Below, piece after piece: positions 30,201 through 43,998 of a stretch of DNA of 64,000 nucleotides. This DNA comes from Ptychomitrium polyphyllum. Its lineage: Eukaryota. The notes below the pieces were generated by a model. The model searched no databases and was not told the origin of the DNA. It saw nothing but the letters and a program-made list of their open reading frames with translations. A program made the translations under genes and the position numbers. The stretch spans positions 12,338,001-12,402,000 of the forward strand of contig OZ316776.1 of the NCBI GenBank assembly GCA_973851085.1, in the 5' to 3' direction. Position 1 is the first letter of the stretch. Each line of letters begins with the position of its first letter.

Positions 30201-33200
30201 CACCTCTAAGTTCATAGGGTGCTCAATGAGACAATGTCACAATGAGACTTAATGTTTATTTCTCTAGTGGTGTTTTTCCCCATTTTCCCTCTTATAAGAT
30301 GTCTATTTAATTCTTCTTGATTTAATTTTCTTACACAAGATGTATAAACAGACTAGAGGAGTACTTGTTGGAAATGGACTTGTTGGAAACAGTTTGCTAG
30401 TACTAAAGACATACTTGATTATTTACTTCTAAAATGTATTTATGTTTTTTGTTGCTTGTATGAGTAGTCTCAATATACAATTTTAGATAGAAAATATGTT
30501 CATGCTTTTGTAGAAGGATGCAAACTTAATATAAATATTGCAATGTCATGGAAGTGAAAGTGTTCATGCATAGGCTGAGTTTTGGCAACTTGAGGAGCTT
30601 TGTGAAATATTTCTAATTTAAAAGCAAGTCACATGACTATATTTGTAACATACTTGAAACATCAAGGATGCTAATATGTTAAGAATTTAGTAGAATGAAA
30701 AGTATTGGCATTTAATAAACCTAAATAATTGTTTTGCAATTCATGATAGCCATGTACATTGCAAAGATAGTGGCATAAGAATTGAGTTTATTACTTGCCA
30801 TTTGATGGCAAAAATTGAAATAAGTTTGATTTTCTTGAAATGCCACAAGAATATTGGTTTTGTTCAAGAACATTCTTTATCTTTTTTATTCATGCAACAA
30901 TAAGATTATGCAAAGTAAGAAGTTAAAAAGTAAGCAAGATGTATTGTAGAATCACAAAAAAATATTTGCAAGAAAATTAAAGTGTATTTTCCCATATATT
31001 TGGATTCTATAAATTTAGCATCTTGTCCATTAGAAAAAAAATACAAAAATCCATTTGCTTTGTTGCCTGTTTTACTCTTAAATTGCTCAATTTGAGTTTT
31101 TATAAAAAAACCTTATAATTCCGTCTTTCTTGTTTATATATCTATCTACATATATCAATAGAGGCTTCACTTACTACTTCACTTGAGAATTCAATCTTGA
31201 GATATAAAATTATTGATATCACATCAATAAAAAACCCAATAAATAGTTGGTAGATTGTAATACATTTGTTGTTTATGAAGATTATTTAAATTTTCAAAAT
31301 TTTTACATTTCAACATTATGAAGTGTACATTTCAAATTCCAAAGAATGTATTAGTGTTTAAAATGCCACAAGTTGGAAGTGTATATACCTTTACATTATA
31401 TTTAGGATAATATCTGGTATAATCAAACATATTAGACATTAAATTTAGGGTGTTTAAATAAACCTCATGTAACAAATATCTATTTTACTATAATCTTATG
31501 TATATTGCATTTAATAACATATTTCATGCAAACATATTTTTCATACAAAATACAAATATATTAGGAAAAAGAAATGTCCTAAAAAACAATGACTTAATAC
31601 TATTTTCTATCAAAACATACATTCAAATGAATTATTTGTTTGGTTGGTTTTCTTCCAGTGAATCCATATAAATTTTAATTAGTTGTTTTGAATGTGTATT
31701 TATATAATTCAAATATAGCAGATAAAGAAATCAATCATATTTTTTCCTAGCTTTCTATCCATACTAAGTGGCTCATTATATTAATGGAAATTCTTGAAAG
31801 TAGACATTTCTAGTTGGTTCATACAAGCAAGTAGTTGCCACATGAAAAAAAAGTCAAGGGAGTGGCAAGAATGGTTTGGATTAGTTTTATAGTTTTGGAT
31901 TTTGCATTAGGTTTTGTTTTGGAATTAACATGACATTATAGTAGAATGATATGACATAATAAACATAGTTCAATATGACCCGTTATTAGTGCATGAAATT
32001 TGAAAATGAAAATGGGAAGAAAAACATGGAAAAGAAAAAATAGAATGCCATGCAGAGGATGTTGTGAAATTTTATGTGCATGTTGTGAAATTTTATGTGC
32101 ATGTTGTGTGCTCTTGTCCCTGCTGTACATAAGCATCACATTCAAAAAAATCTGGTATGTGAATTTCAATCACTTCCACAGTAGACAAGGTGCACACAAC
32201 TGAGCTGTACATATTCCAGTTGCCATGTTGATATTATCAAGAAAGGACATGGCAGACTTTCTGAGTTGGACAGTCTGAGTTGGCTATGCATCATGAAGCG
32301 TATATCCATCTGTACACATTGGTCCGTGAGGTAATCCATCAGAGTAAACCAGTTTCATAGATCAGTGTCCCAATAGTCTCTAGCCATGGATGCCATAACA
32401 AAGCGATACGCATAACAGGTGATACTTGTAGAAGGAAGCACGCTAGCCTGTATGTTGAAAGACTGCCTGGTCATTGGCCATCTTGAATCTAACATTCAAT
32501 GCAGACAAATGTTGCATCCAGTGGATGTAGCTCAACTACACTTTTGGCCAACTTAGTGGGAACCTGGTGGCTCCAGCCTGTAGTAAGATGAAGAACAGAG
32601 GATGAAGATTCCCCGTTCTAATTTAGAAAACAAATGAAAATGAAGTTTCTCCTTCATGAAAGATAATTTGCTGACTTGGACTTCCACCCTCACGTTAGAT
32701 TCAATCAAATAGTCCTCAGTGGAAACTTTTCGAAATTTCAATATATGAATTAAGGTGAAATTTCCAGGCGAAAGAAGAAGCAGGAGGTAAAAGGTGAAGT
32801 AAAAGGTGAAGCTAAAGGCAAGGGAAAAGGAGACGCCGCTGGAGGCGCAAAGGTGGTGAAGTTATGTGAGTCAGGGGTCTGATGTGCTAGATGTACTCCG
32901 GAGGCACGCCACCTCGTGCTGCCCTCGCCCGGGGCAAGTGGAGCCGCGTTCCTTGCCTTTGCAGTCTCCGATCAGATCACGCGTGATCGATCGCAGACTC
33001 AAAGTATGTTAACCCCCACACTCGCAGGAGTTTCCATATTCGCACCTTTACTTCCACCTACTTCCCTCACTTACTCGCTGCAACCCCCAGTCTGCACCCC
33101 TTGACCACCCTGCAGCTGCTCAGAGTACATCATTCCCAACGCAGGCTGTAACTAAAGTTAATTTGCAGCATTCCGGCTCGATTGTCACTAGTCTCGCCGA

Positions 33201-33622
33201 CTCAATTCTCCGGGCTCTGCAGTTTTGGTTTGTATAGCCCAGCTTGGTACGGGTCCTTGCTCCGTGCATTTGTACTACTTCTTCCATGTACTGATGTTTC
33301 GTGTCCGTGCTCTGTTTTGGAGGTCTCCGCTAGCAATTCGCTTCGCTTCTTTTTGGGTACGTACTTTTGTTGGTTTTGACCGTACGAAATTGAAACTGCA
33401 GTTTTTAAGTTCATAGTAATTTTTTTTTGGAGACTGTCTGTAGTCTGTTTGAAAGTATCTGTTGTCGACAATCAGTACCTCTGCTTTTGCCTGTTTTGTG
33501 GAAAGCAGAGATTTTTCAGAAATCATTTTTAGTAGCGAATGTTTCCCAAATAAAGTTGATCCTACGAGTCGGTCTCTAGTTTTGTATTAGCCGGCGAAAG
33601 ATGTGTGATCTGCGTTGTTTGA

Positions 33623-33690
33623 GAAGCTTGAGTAATTGCGTCCTTTGTGAAGCTTGAGTAATTGCATCGTTTGTGAAGCTTGAGTAATTG
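33623..33690. repeat. 26-bp tandem repeat, ~2.6 copies, upstream of the BBD CDS
   Basis: GAAGCTTGAGTAATTGCRTCSTTTGT repeated. Confidence 0.8.
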
Positions 33691-34026
33691 TATTGGCAAG
33701 TCCTAGTATGATGTCAGGGCTTGCAACGCTGCGACGGCAGTGGTGATTTATTTTGCTCTAGCACGCTGCTATCTCTACGGAAGTCGTCACACACGTAGCA
33801 TAGGTGCTCTATGGGCAATGTGATGAGGAGCACTTTGTTAGATGGTGTTATGTTGATCACAGAATGTGAAATCTTTCATGACTTACCATTTTGTCTCGGT
33901 TCTTACTTGTGGGGAACTTTGGCAGGTATGCTCTAGCTAGCACTTGCTGCAACAGGTCCCTCATCGTGAGCCACTCCCGGCAGAAGCAGTCTTTAATCTG
34001 CGAGAGGGTAGATCCAACAAGGAAAG

Positions 34027-35287
34027 ATGGCATCGCCTGCCGCAACCATGAGCTCGTTGCGTGGTCAGAGCACGACAGGGTTTTACCATAGAAACCTCGC
34101 TCCTTGCTCTATTTCGTCCGCACGAACCTCACTTTTAAACACCACAGCCCTGGGCGGCACCTGTCGCTCTGCGCCATATCCTGCGGCTATGAAAGCGAGC
34201 ACTTCAAGATTTTCCATGAGACGAAACTCGAGTATGTCTTTTAATAACGAAAGCATGGCAGATAATTTTAGCGAAAACGACGAAGATTACGTAGATTCGT
34301 CTATTTTGGAAGCTCTGGAAGTCAGGAGCGGCCCTGACGGCTGCATCATCAAGATGCGTAATGGGAATGTTCTCAAGTGTGCGCACAACACAGCAGAGGG
34401 AGGAGTTACTCCTATTTATACTCCGCAGCCGGCTATTGTTCTACAACTCAACGATGGCTCCAACCTTCTCCTCCCCATCATTGTGCTTGAATTGCCGAGC
34501 ACTATGGTTTTGGAGGCTGTAAGGAATGTGCAAACAATGCGCCCAACGGTGTACCAAGTCATGAGCAGAATGCTGGAGGTCTCCGGATACCGGGCAAAGC
34601 TGGTTCGAGTGACGAAGCGAGTCAATGAGACTTACTTTGCCAGGGCATACCTTGTCAAGGATGGAGATGACAGTGCACCTCCCGTGAGCCTCGATATCCG
34701 CCCTTCTGACGCAATCAATCTCGCTGTGCGATGTAAAATTCCCGTTCAGGTATGCATTCACGTTTCCTGTCATTTGTTTTTGTTGCAACCGGATTTGAAT
34801 GGTATGTTCTTGTGCAGTGGCAGATGAAAACAAACTAATCGTGCAGATTTGTTCTTGGAATTGTTGTAATTTCTTCTGTTGATACTCAGCAATGTAAGTC
34901 TCTATTAAGATGCACTGTTCGACAAATTCTCATTACGGTGGCGTTTTTTCACTTTTCTAGAAGTTATGGCTTGTGGTGTTGTTTCTGCTTTCCATCTGGC
35001 CACATTCACTCACATATTAACTCATCTTGCAGGTTAGTAAGGACCTGGCTGTAGGAGACGGTGTCCGTATCGTGAGTGACCCCACGAAGCTCCCATCTAG
35101 CATCGTCATCAACGGGCAAGTCATCACCGACATGGACACTCCACTTCCTGGCGACTGCGGAGATGCTAAAGAGTTTATCATCATCCGCAACATGCATATT
35201 GCAGCTGTGGAGGAGAGATTTATTGATGCAGCGAAGCTGCGTGATGAGCTGCAGAAGTTCAGGACTGAGTCTAGCTCTAAACACTAG
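34027..35287 (+). CDS. BBD: Bifunctional nuclease (DUF151 + UVR-like C-terminus), BBD family, 2 coding exons
   Basis: Exons 34027-34749 and 35033-35287. Motifs NDEDYVDSSILEALEVRSG, LLLPIIVLELPS, RPTVYQV, VRVTKRVNETYFA, DIRPSDAINLAVRCKIPVQV and AAVEERFIDAAKLRDEL. Confidence 0.92.
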
Positions 35288-38200
35288 CAAACGTGATTGG
35301 ATAAAGATTTGAACTTTAATCTAGGTTAGGCGTAGACTCATAGACCATTTGATGAAGCCTGAATTCTGGCTTGCAGTAGTGAATCATCAGTATGTAATTA
35401 ATTAGGTTTCTGAATACTGTATTCCACGACGACCTATTTTTGGTGCCGCCCCCGGACATCTATCATGTAAATAGCAGGCGAGGTTGTCAAGCTGAAGCGG
35501 AGACCAACATACACACAGGACAACCACGTCTTCTCCAGAATCATCTTTTAATTAATTGGTGTCTTGCTCAAATTGACATTCAATTTTCTGTTCAATGTGG
35601 AGTTGGAACTCCGGATGTGGATATATACTACACAGAGGAGGTCCATTCAGATTTTGGGACATACTCTTTTCAGTTCTGCTGATGGGATACAGAATAGGGA
35701 TGTCATACATGAAAGGGTTATTGCTTCAGAAGATGAAGGACCACTTTACAAAAGAAGGAACATGAGGATCTGCAAAAGAGCATGATAGCTGATTGAACGT
35801 GTAGTCTATGTGCTATGCTCTCCCCTAAAGACACTTGGGTGTGTCGGTAGTGTGGGCCTGACACAAGTCAATGTACAGATTCTAGTGTTGTGCAGCACCT
35901 CTCTTTACCATAGAGGGCCTCACAGGACAAGGAAGTAAAGGTAAGAGATAAAATAAGGCACTCCTGTGCAGAAATCCCAAGCATGGTTGAAGTTTGTGTT
36001 CATAAAGCAATTGCCCTGCTCTCCTGCCTATCAGGTAATATCAGGATATATAGGAAATTACTTAACTTTGTGCTAGGCCCTGGAATCCATATGCCTTTTT
36101 CTGTTGATAGATGGCCGCCTTCTAAGTTTTAGGAGATCTTATAATTTTGACCCAGGTTTGTGACTCTTTCAAAGTATCTGTCATCCAATGTAAAAAGGTG
36201 GAAAGATTAACCCCTAATTCTGAGAATATGAAATTTGATCAATTCTTTTGATGTTGGTTTGGCTACAGAAATACACCACTCATCCATTTATCCATTAGCT
36301 ATCTACTCAAGGTTATAATGTTAACACAAAAATAGTTCTTTCACCAATAATTGCTGCCTTGCAAGCAACCAAGTTATTTTCTCATCCATATTAAAATTGT
36401 TTTTCTTGTGTGCAATGGAATAAGGGTTAAAATCTTATGAAAAAATTTGAAAATTTTGACCAATCATATTAATAAGAAGGTACAACACGGTTCTTCTTGC
36501 AGTGGCCAATATTGATACAATGGTGTTGCATAATGACATTGATCTATCCAAGTTAGTTACATGATAGGCTTTTAAAGTGGCTAATATGGGATTTAATAAG
36601 AAAAACATCATGTAACATGGTGCAAAAACTAAAAAGAGTGTATTTGATGAAGTTTATCAATAATACATTATTGCAACAAAACCAACACTCTCTATTAAAT
36701 GTTACTAGTATTAACAACAATTACATCAACTTCTTCATCCATATTGTAAAAAAACATTTATTTTTCTTTGGTGCACACATAGTATCTTTTTAGAAGTTTC
36801 TAGTTATTTATTTGAAATATGATGTGGTATAGAAATGCACACTTTTGTTCAAATGGGCACTTTTCTTCATTTGAATACTTAGGATTTGAGCTATTCATAA
36901 ATCTAAATCTATATTCCAATGCCATAACATTTTGTAATAGTAACGAACCTCATTCTAATCTATTGTCAATATTAACATCAATTCTATAGTATATGAAGTT
37001 GGAAATAAGAGGAAGCTTTTGATTTTAAGATGATTAGTTGACTTGCTAAAGAACGTTACAATTTACTAAACTCATTGACTTATAGAAAGCTAATGATTTA
37101 AGAAAATTTAACATTCAACACAGGTATTTTACGATTGGCCAATCAAACCAATCAAGGTATTTTATATTTTAGTAAATATAAAATAACATATCTTGAGAAA
37201 ATTGAATATGAGAAAATATGAATAAAATTATAAATTCTAAAACAACATTTAAAAAAAAAAATGATTACTATACATGCAAATTTTGCTCATTCAACACTTG
37301 TGACTCATGTCCAGAAGGTTTTGTGTGTTGTGTGTTTTTAACCAATAACAATTCTCTAGCACCAAGCCTTAAAGTAAAAACAAAGAAAATCGAGATGAAA
37401 ATGCATAACTTAAGAGTAAATAATAAAATTTAAGAAATGGTTATATTTCCCAGTTCAAAGCCATTGAAAAGGACATGATTTGCAAATTTAGTTTGGATTT
37501 TATAAAAAGCTTATTGAGCCATATTTTATTCAATGGTTTGCAAGCCACATCAGATAATCAAACGATATCCCTACATGCTCTCTGAAGGTTTTGCTTAGTA
37601 CAATGTGATACCAAAAAACAATTGAGTGAAGAGATGTATTAGTAATAGTACATTGTTATGTTACATGTCACATCACATAAGTGAAGACATTTTCATCAAT
37701 CATATGTCTATCCATACTCCATTATATTCTCTTATTCCTAATATGTATCTTTTGTTTTTAAGTGTACTCCATATTTCCATGGTATTCCTACACATTCCCA
37801 TTACATTTCTATTGTAAACCATGTTCTTTGTAATTTTTGTGATTCTATAAAGTCTATAAAAAAAATTTAAGTTTTTAATAAATTTAAATTTTCCAAGTTT
37901 CATTGTTGTTTTAAGAGAATCCACACGTACTTTTTATGAGTTTATAAGTTTCTAGGATATTCTAAATATTTTTGTAAATTCCAATTGATCCTATTATATT
38001 ACAATGTGCAACAAACTTTTTCTACATTCTGTTATCAACATAACATTCGCCATATTGATTTCTCTTAAAAATCTTTAAAAACATTTTGTATCAACATAGG
38101 TCATTAATTGATAAATCCATATGATTTGAGATACTCCAACATTGGTATTATTTGAGGTCTTAAAGAAGAGCATGATTTTGAAAGTTGTGATAACCACATA

Positions 38201-40122
38201 ATAAATAAATCCACCTTACTTTACATCATAAATATGTTTATTGTGAGCTCTCTTAGTTTAACAATGCATTATTTGATAACATCTAATATTTACAAATAAA
38301 AGGTATTGTTGTTAATGATTTAGGATTAAATTTTAGAGTGAAGGATATTAATTTTGTTCATAGTTAAATAAGTTTTTTACAAAGTAGATGTATTTTACTT
38401 GCATTAAATGAATCTTTGAAAAACATTATTCCAATCATTAGATTAAATTTTTTTTTTGATTGTTTCTTTTTGCATTTCATATGGAGTAACTATTCTTTGT
38501 GTACTTATATGATATATGATCTTGATGTTTTTATACTATTAATGAAGTAGAAGATTCTTAATGATAAAGTAGTGGAGTTAGCTTTGTGCATTAATATAAT
38601 GGTAAATGTATGAAAAATCTTGAAACATACATGGCCACTCAATCTTGTAATAACAACTCAAAACCAATCAAAGTACTCAAAAAGCAGTAGAGATTACTTT
38701 CTTCACAACCTAAATATTAATCTCAACAAGCACCCCATGTCTGTTACATGTTTCATGGACTTTCGGTCATTATTAGTTCTAGATGCCTACTAAATAATAC
38801 TTCATATTGTATGGTGTAATGAAATTCTTTTGAAAATGTCAACCAAAAATAGAAAACTTGTTTTCTCCTGACAGGAAGCATCCTCAGTAGCAAAAGTGGA
38901 TGGTTTTTGATGCCCTTGCCTCATGGCTTTCAAATTGTTATAGCAGCTGTTGTTGCACAAACAATAAGTGTGGCCCTATCATGAATTTAACGCAGTTGTA
39001 AAGGCATGCTTGGGATTGCTGGTATGGCATCAGCACGGGACCATGCCCAACTCCTACCCCATGGGAACATTGGCAAAAGCATGGGCATCACAGCCCCTCT
39101 GGTTTTACATAACAGAGAATCATCAGTCCACATGCTAAAACTTTGCGGACTTCACATGCAACACAACTGAGACGCTCTCAGGCTGTCTTGCCCCACACAC
39201 ACAGTAAGCACAAAGCAGTGAAGGATCCCACAATTCTCTGCAACTTCAACATCGAAAACAAAATATTCCAAACAAAATAAGATTGTTTAGAATACATCCT
39301 CTGAGATCTTAAATGGTAGATTTGACTACAGCAAACAGATATTTCGTTCCTAATTACTGCAGCTCCTAATTATCATACGCTACAGTAGATGCATGGGCAT
39401 GTGTCCACCTCCTCCTGTAAGCAGTATACTCAAGGCACCATGTTTTTGAAGTTTGCCACCCTGTTATCGATACATTTCACTACTAGTAACACTGATATAT
39501 ACCCCCAAAACCGACACTCTACGCCAAAGCGACGATATCTTTCGAATCTATAGACTTTAGTTAATCAAAGTGTACGCCTGAAGCAGATCAAGGTACAGTG
39601 ACGGATTTGGACTTTTACATATGAGCCTTGAACGTGCTTATACCAGTATAACAAGACTTTAAATGGAGCCTGCACATCGGAGGTCAGAAGCAGTCGTCTT
39701 GTTTACACAGCGCAATCTCCGGCTCAGGAAGGGATGCTTACGCCGGACTGTCGCTTCAACCAAATTTGACATTGCCTACTTAGAGTCTAAACAGAACCTA
39801 CAAATTTTGTAGATGATTTCTGTACCTAAATATATTATGATCCGCTGGTTAACATGAATCTGACATCATCTATGAACTTAGTAGATTTAGAGAAGTGACG
39901 TCCAAGCCGGCGGTAGATACAGGTGGGATTTGGTGCTGTGGCGGTTTTCGGGAAGAATCTCATGGTGTCCGCTGTTGCTGCGTTGTTGTGTTTGTTAGTT
40001 TTGCTGCATCGGCGGAGCTCCGAGCGAGCTTTCAGGGCAGGCACGGGGACGACAGGGAAGCGCGTCCTTCACAGGCTCACTACTATTACATCAGGTAGCC
40101 GGTCTCTCACTTTGTCCATTCG

Positions 40123-40237
40123 CAGAGAGAGAAGAGAGAGAAAGAGAAGAGAGAGAGAAGACAGGAGAGAGACGGCGACGGAGAGGGAGAGAGGACGAGG
40201 GAGAGAGGGAGGAAGGGAGAGAGAGAGAGAGAAAGAG
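40123..40237. repeat. GA-rich simple repeat in the probable 5' region of the GST gene
   Basis: (GA)n-like purine tract. Confidence 0.75.
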
Positions 40238-41131
40238 GCTTGTTGGTTCAGGCGTCGTTTTGTGGAGCGCGGCTGTCATTTCAGTGGTCGTTTGCAGGAC
40301 AGGAACTGAGTTTGGTGAGAACTGGCAGCTAACTTGCTAATTGAGGGACGCTTTTAGCTGAGATGATATGAATCGGTGTCCTGTTTGTGTTCGAGTGTTG
40401 CTGATGCTAGTTCTTTTTTAGACTCATTTGTTTGTTCCTTGTGACGTGCACTTTGTTACTTAATGTGGATGGATTCTGCTTAGTAGACGTGAGTTTCTTT
40501 CGCGTTTTCTGTGTTTTGGAGGGTACGCTTGCCTCGCTTTTGTATTTTGGTTCTAGTGATTAAGGTGATATTTCGTAGGGCTGTAGATGTGAAGCGGTGC
40601 TCTTGCTGGAAATTATCATTTGGTGTTTTCTATATGGAAATCGCGGGAATGAATTCGAAGGATTAGATGTTGGTCGATGACAACGTCGTTTTGGTTGAAA
40701 GAAAACGAGTTAAGTTTACATATATTTGTGTTAGCGTGAAGCAAATTGGTCATCCTTGAGGACAGCGTTTAGTAGAAAGTGGCTGTGTCTTAGCTATGTC
40801 CATTCCGCTCAGAAACAGCTGTTGGAGTTCCTTTGAGGTTCTCATCCTTCACGAAATTCTCTTTGACATTTTTAACTCTAAGACGCAACCTTTCTATGTT
40901 CTTGTCAAGTTAAGTAATTTTCTATAGTGACTGCCAACAGTGATCCTCTGATAGGTGCTTAGCTTTAAATTCTTCAAAGCCTGTCCTCAGTTCCATAGAT
41001 CTTTCAGGGATGCTGGTATTAGAACAGGCTTAAGACTTTTATGTCATTTGTTTCGTAGTGATGCTGCTGATTTGATCTTGAGCTGGAGGTTTGGCACTGA
41101 CTTGATCACAAATTATTCTTCCGGTCTAGTG

Positions 41132-42673
41132 ATGGCGTTCTCATCCTCGGGTGAGAATGAGTCTGCTTGACGATTCACTGTCAGAGATGATTCGGCGTTC
41201 ATTTGTTTTGCAGTTGAGAGGCTCATCTCTGTATATATTTCTGCAGGGGATCTTGGTGTGCGAAGGAGGGCGTTTTTGGGGAATTGTGTAGTGTGCTGGT
41301 TGTTTTTGTGCAAGGGAGCAATGACAGAAACATGCGGAGCCCAGCCCAGTGCAACGGGTATGTATTCGTGCTGATGGTACTTCTTGAACTATTTGAATCT
41401 GCAAGTTATGTTTAGGGAAATGTTCGGTTTCAACATCTCAGTTTGGACGATTTGGATAGGAAGAGTACTGCTTCAATGACTAGCATTCACAACAAGAGTG
41501 GTGAGCAGACCACGGGATTCACAGAATACTTGAGCTTTTTCCCTATTATCTGGGATTAATTGTTGTTGGAGGTTTCTGATCGAGAGGGTACAGTGAAAGT
41601 TGCAAAGTACGAATTAGTTGTGAGACATCCATTGACGACATCCATTTTCAATTGCAATGCAGGAACTGTCATTTTCTACAGCTATCCGCTTGCATTCAAC
41701 CCTGCAAAGGCAAAGCTTGCTTTGGAGGAGAAGGGCATTAAGGTGAGACTATCTGTCTTTTCTTATGCCAAATGTATTGGGATCACCTTGTTCCCTCTCC
41801 TCGGTATTTGACTCACTTTGTGGTCATTCTGTTGAAGCGGCTGTGAGGAATTTGTGGGTGCTATTTGTTGTCAGTTTCCAGCAATTATATGCATCGCTCT
41901 TGATCTAATCTAGACTTCTACTTACCAATACACTGTTCGGCTGACTGCAGTATACTGAGAAGAAGGTTGACCTTTTTAATGGTCAGTCTCTGGAACCTTG
42001 GTATTTGAAGCTCAACCCAAATGCATCAACCCCGACTCTTGTGACAGGGGACGAAAAACTCATAGAATCTGCGGATATCATTAGGTGGGCAGACAGGCAG
42101 GGGACCCCTCTTGGCGGAGATTCTGTTGACAGGGCCTTTGTCAACGAGTGGCTTGAGAAAGTGGACGCTTGGGATGGCAATCTGTTTGTATCAGCAAATT
42201 CAGGAGCTGGTGCAGCAGTCAAATTTAGTACAAAGTACAAGATCAAAGTTGCAGAGGCACATGCGAAGCGCAATCCTGAATTGGCTGAGCTGTACAAGCA
42301 AAAGATTATTCAAATGGAGAAAACTGTCGAAGAAATGAGCGATCCAGCACTTATTGAGAAGAACGTAAAACAGATCACAGGCCTATTGGATGAAGCAGAA
42401 GCAGTTCTGCCATCCAGAAAGTTCATTGCGGGAGATACATATTCAGCTGCCGATGCCATCTTTACTCCGGTTATATACCGAATGTATCTTGCGAAGAAAG
42501 AAAAGGAGTATGTTGATACTCGGCCTAACCTCAAACGCTACTACGAAGAGATGAAGAAACGGCCCAGTTACAAGAAGGTGTTTTCAGTTTCAGATAGCGG
42601 CATTGGTACGGCTTCTACCGTCTTACCTGCTCTCGGAAAGATATTGTTCTCGAAGGCGACGGGGAGATACTAA
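41132..42673 (+). CDS. Glutathione S-transferase, TCHQD-like class, 3 coding exons
   Basis: Exons 41132-41150, 41663-41742, 41951-42673. MAFSSSG|TVIFYSYPLAFNPAKAKLALEEKGIK|YTEKKVDLFNGQSLEPWYLKLNPNASTPTL...IESADII; WLEKVDAWDGNLF; FIAGDTYSAADAIFTPV; YYEEMKKRPSYKKV. Confidence 0.85.
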
Positions 42674-43323
42674 AGATATTTATATTATTTGAAAAGATGA
42701 AAAGACTTGAATACTTCGACTATACTCGATGGGATACTACGGGACTGCTTGTCATCGACAGCTAATTGTACTAGTACAAATACTGTAAATGGTGAATGAA
42801 TCCTTACGATTGTACATTTTCAGTTAGTTTTGGATTCTAGTAAGCTGCTGTGATGTGGCTATAGGAACAGTGTTATCAGATGTTTGAATTGGCAAGGGAA
42901 CTGCCGAATTGTGGATTCATAGTTCAGTGCATCGATTACATCCGCAAGTAGATGACACTGGTTGGCCTCAACAAGACGTTTGAGAAGGAGCCTCACTAAT
43001 GAAAAATCTCCCGTTTATTTAAGAGTTTCTTATGGTTCGTGCACACTGAATTATTGATAGAAAGTATTTTTTACACTCACTTGCTGTTGAAGCCGCTTTA
43101 ACATAATGTATTTTACATTGACGAGCATGAATTCATGTCTATTCTTTAGAGTGCAAACTTCGCAACTTCGTTCAGTTGTTAGCGTCGCCGCATGGTCTTT
43201 GGCTTTCTCTGTATAAACCAATTGCTTCTTCCCTCACTTTGTCTGAGTTTCAACTTATGTAACTGTGCACAGATGTTGTGATGTGTAGTAACTTGACGGA
43301 AAATATCTATCAAATACTGGTAA

Positions 43324-43405
43324 AAGGAGGCAACAAAAACTACCATCGGTACTGCCAATAGTTTTTGTTGCCTCCTTAAACAAACCTATTGGCAGTACCG
43401 ATGGT
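43324..43405. repeat. Two interleaved perfect inverted repeats (19 bp and 20 bp)
   Basis: 43324-43342 is the reverse complement of 43359-43377. 43342-43361 is the reverse complement of 43386-43405. Confidence 0.9.
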
Positions 43406-43998
43406 GTGTTCGTGTGTACACATGAGGCAGAGCTGTTCATACATAAGAAACATACAGTAAATACAATAGGGAAGGAAATTTACAAACAGGATCAACCAAA
43501 GCCTACCAGTGTCAAAGTGCAAAGGAATAGAATAAGTGAAACATTTATTTAAATACCGCATGTGTACCGGAATTCTTTTATGGCAGTGCACCGTCGTTTA
43601 ATGGATTTCTCTTCAAGAAACTGAATCGCAAATCGTATAGTATGCGTTAATTTTTGAAATGATATTACTAAATGAATTCACTGCAGATAGATTCCACTAA
43701 AGAAATAGAAGTAATTAGGCTACAGTGATTGCACGATAATCGGATGCTTTTCCGCATATATTTTCATCTTCTTAATCCTCTGGCGTGTCGGGAGGAAGGT
43801 GAGATGGAGCCCCGGTCACCCGCATGACATGCGTCAGAACTGTGTACCACAGTACTTAAACCGAGAATACTGAGTACGTTAATCCTCGAACAATAATATT
43901 TAGACAGAAAATGATATTAGAGCATGTGTGCAAAATCGTTTTCCAAGAGGAAAAACAAAGGTGAGTGCACTTTAATTTCCTCAACAGTTCGATGATTT

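Noticed and set aside
32200..32745. Short minus-strand frames upstream of BBD
   Set aside because: Interrupted by stops and no family recognisable.
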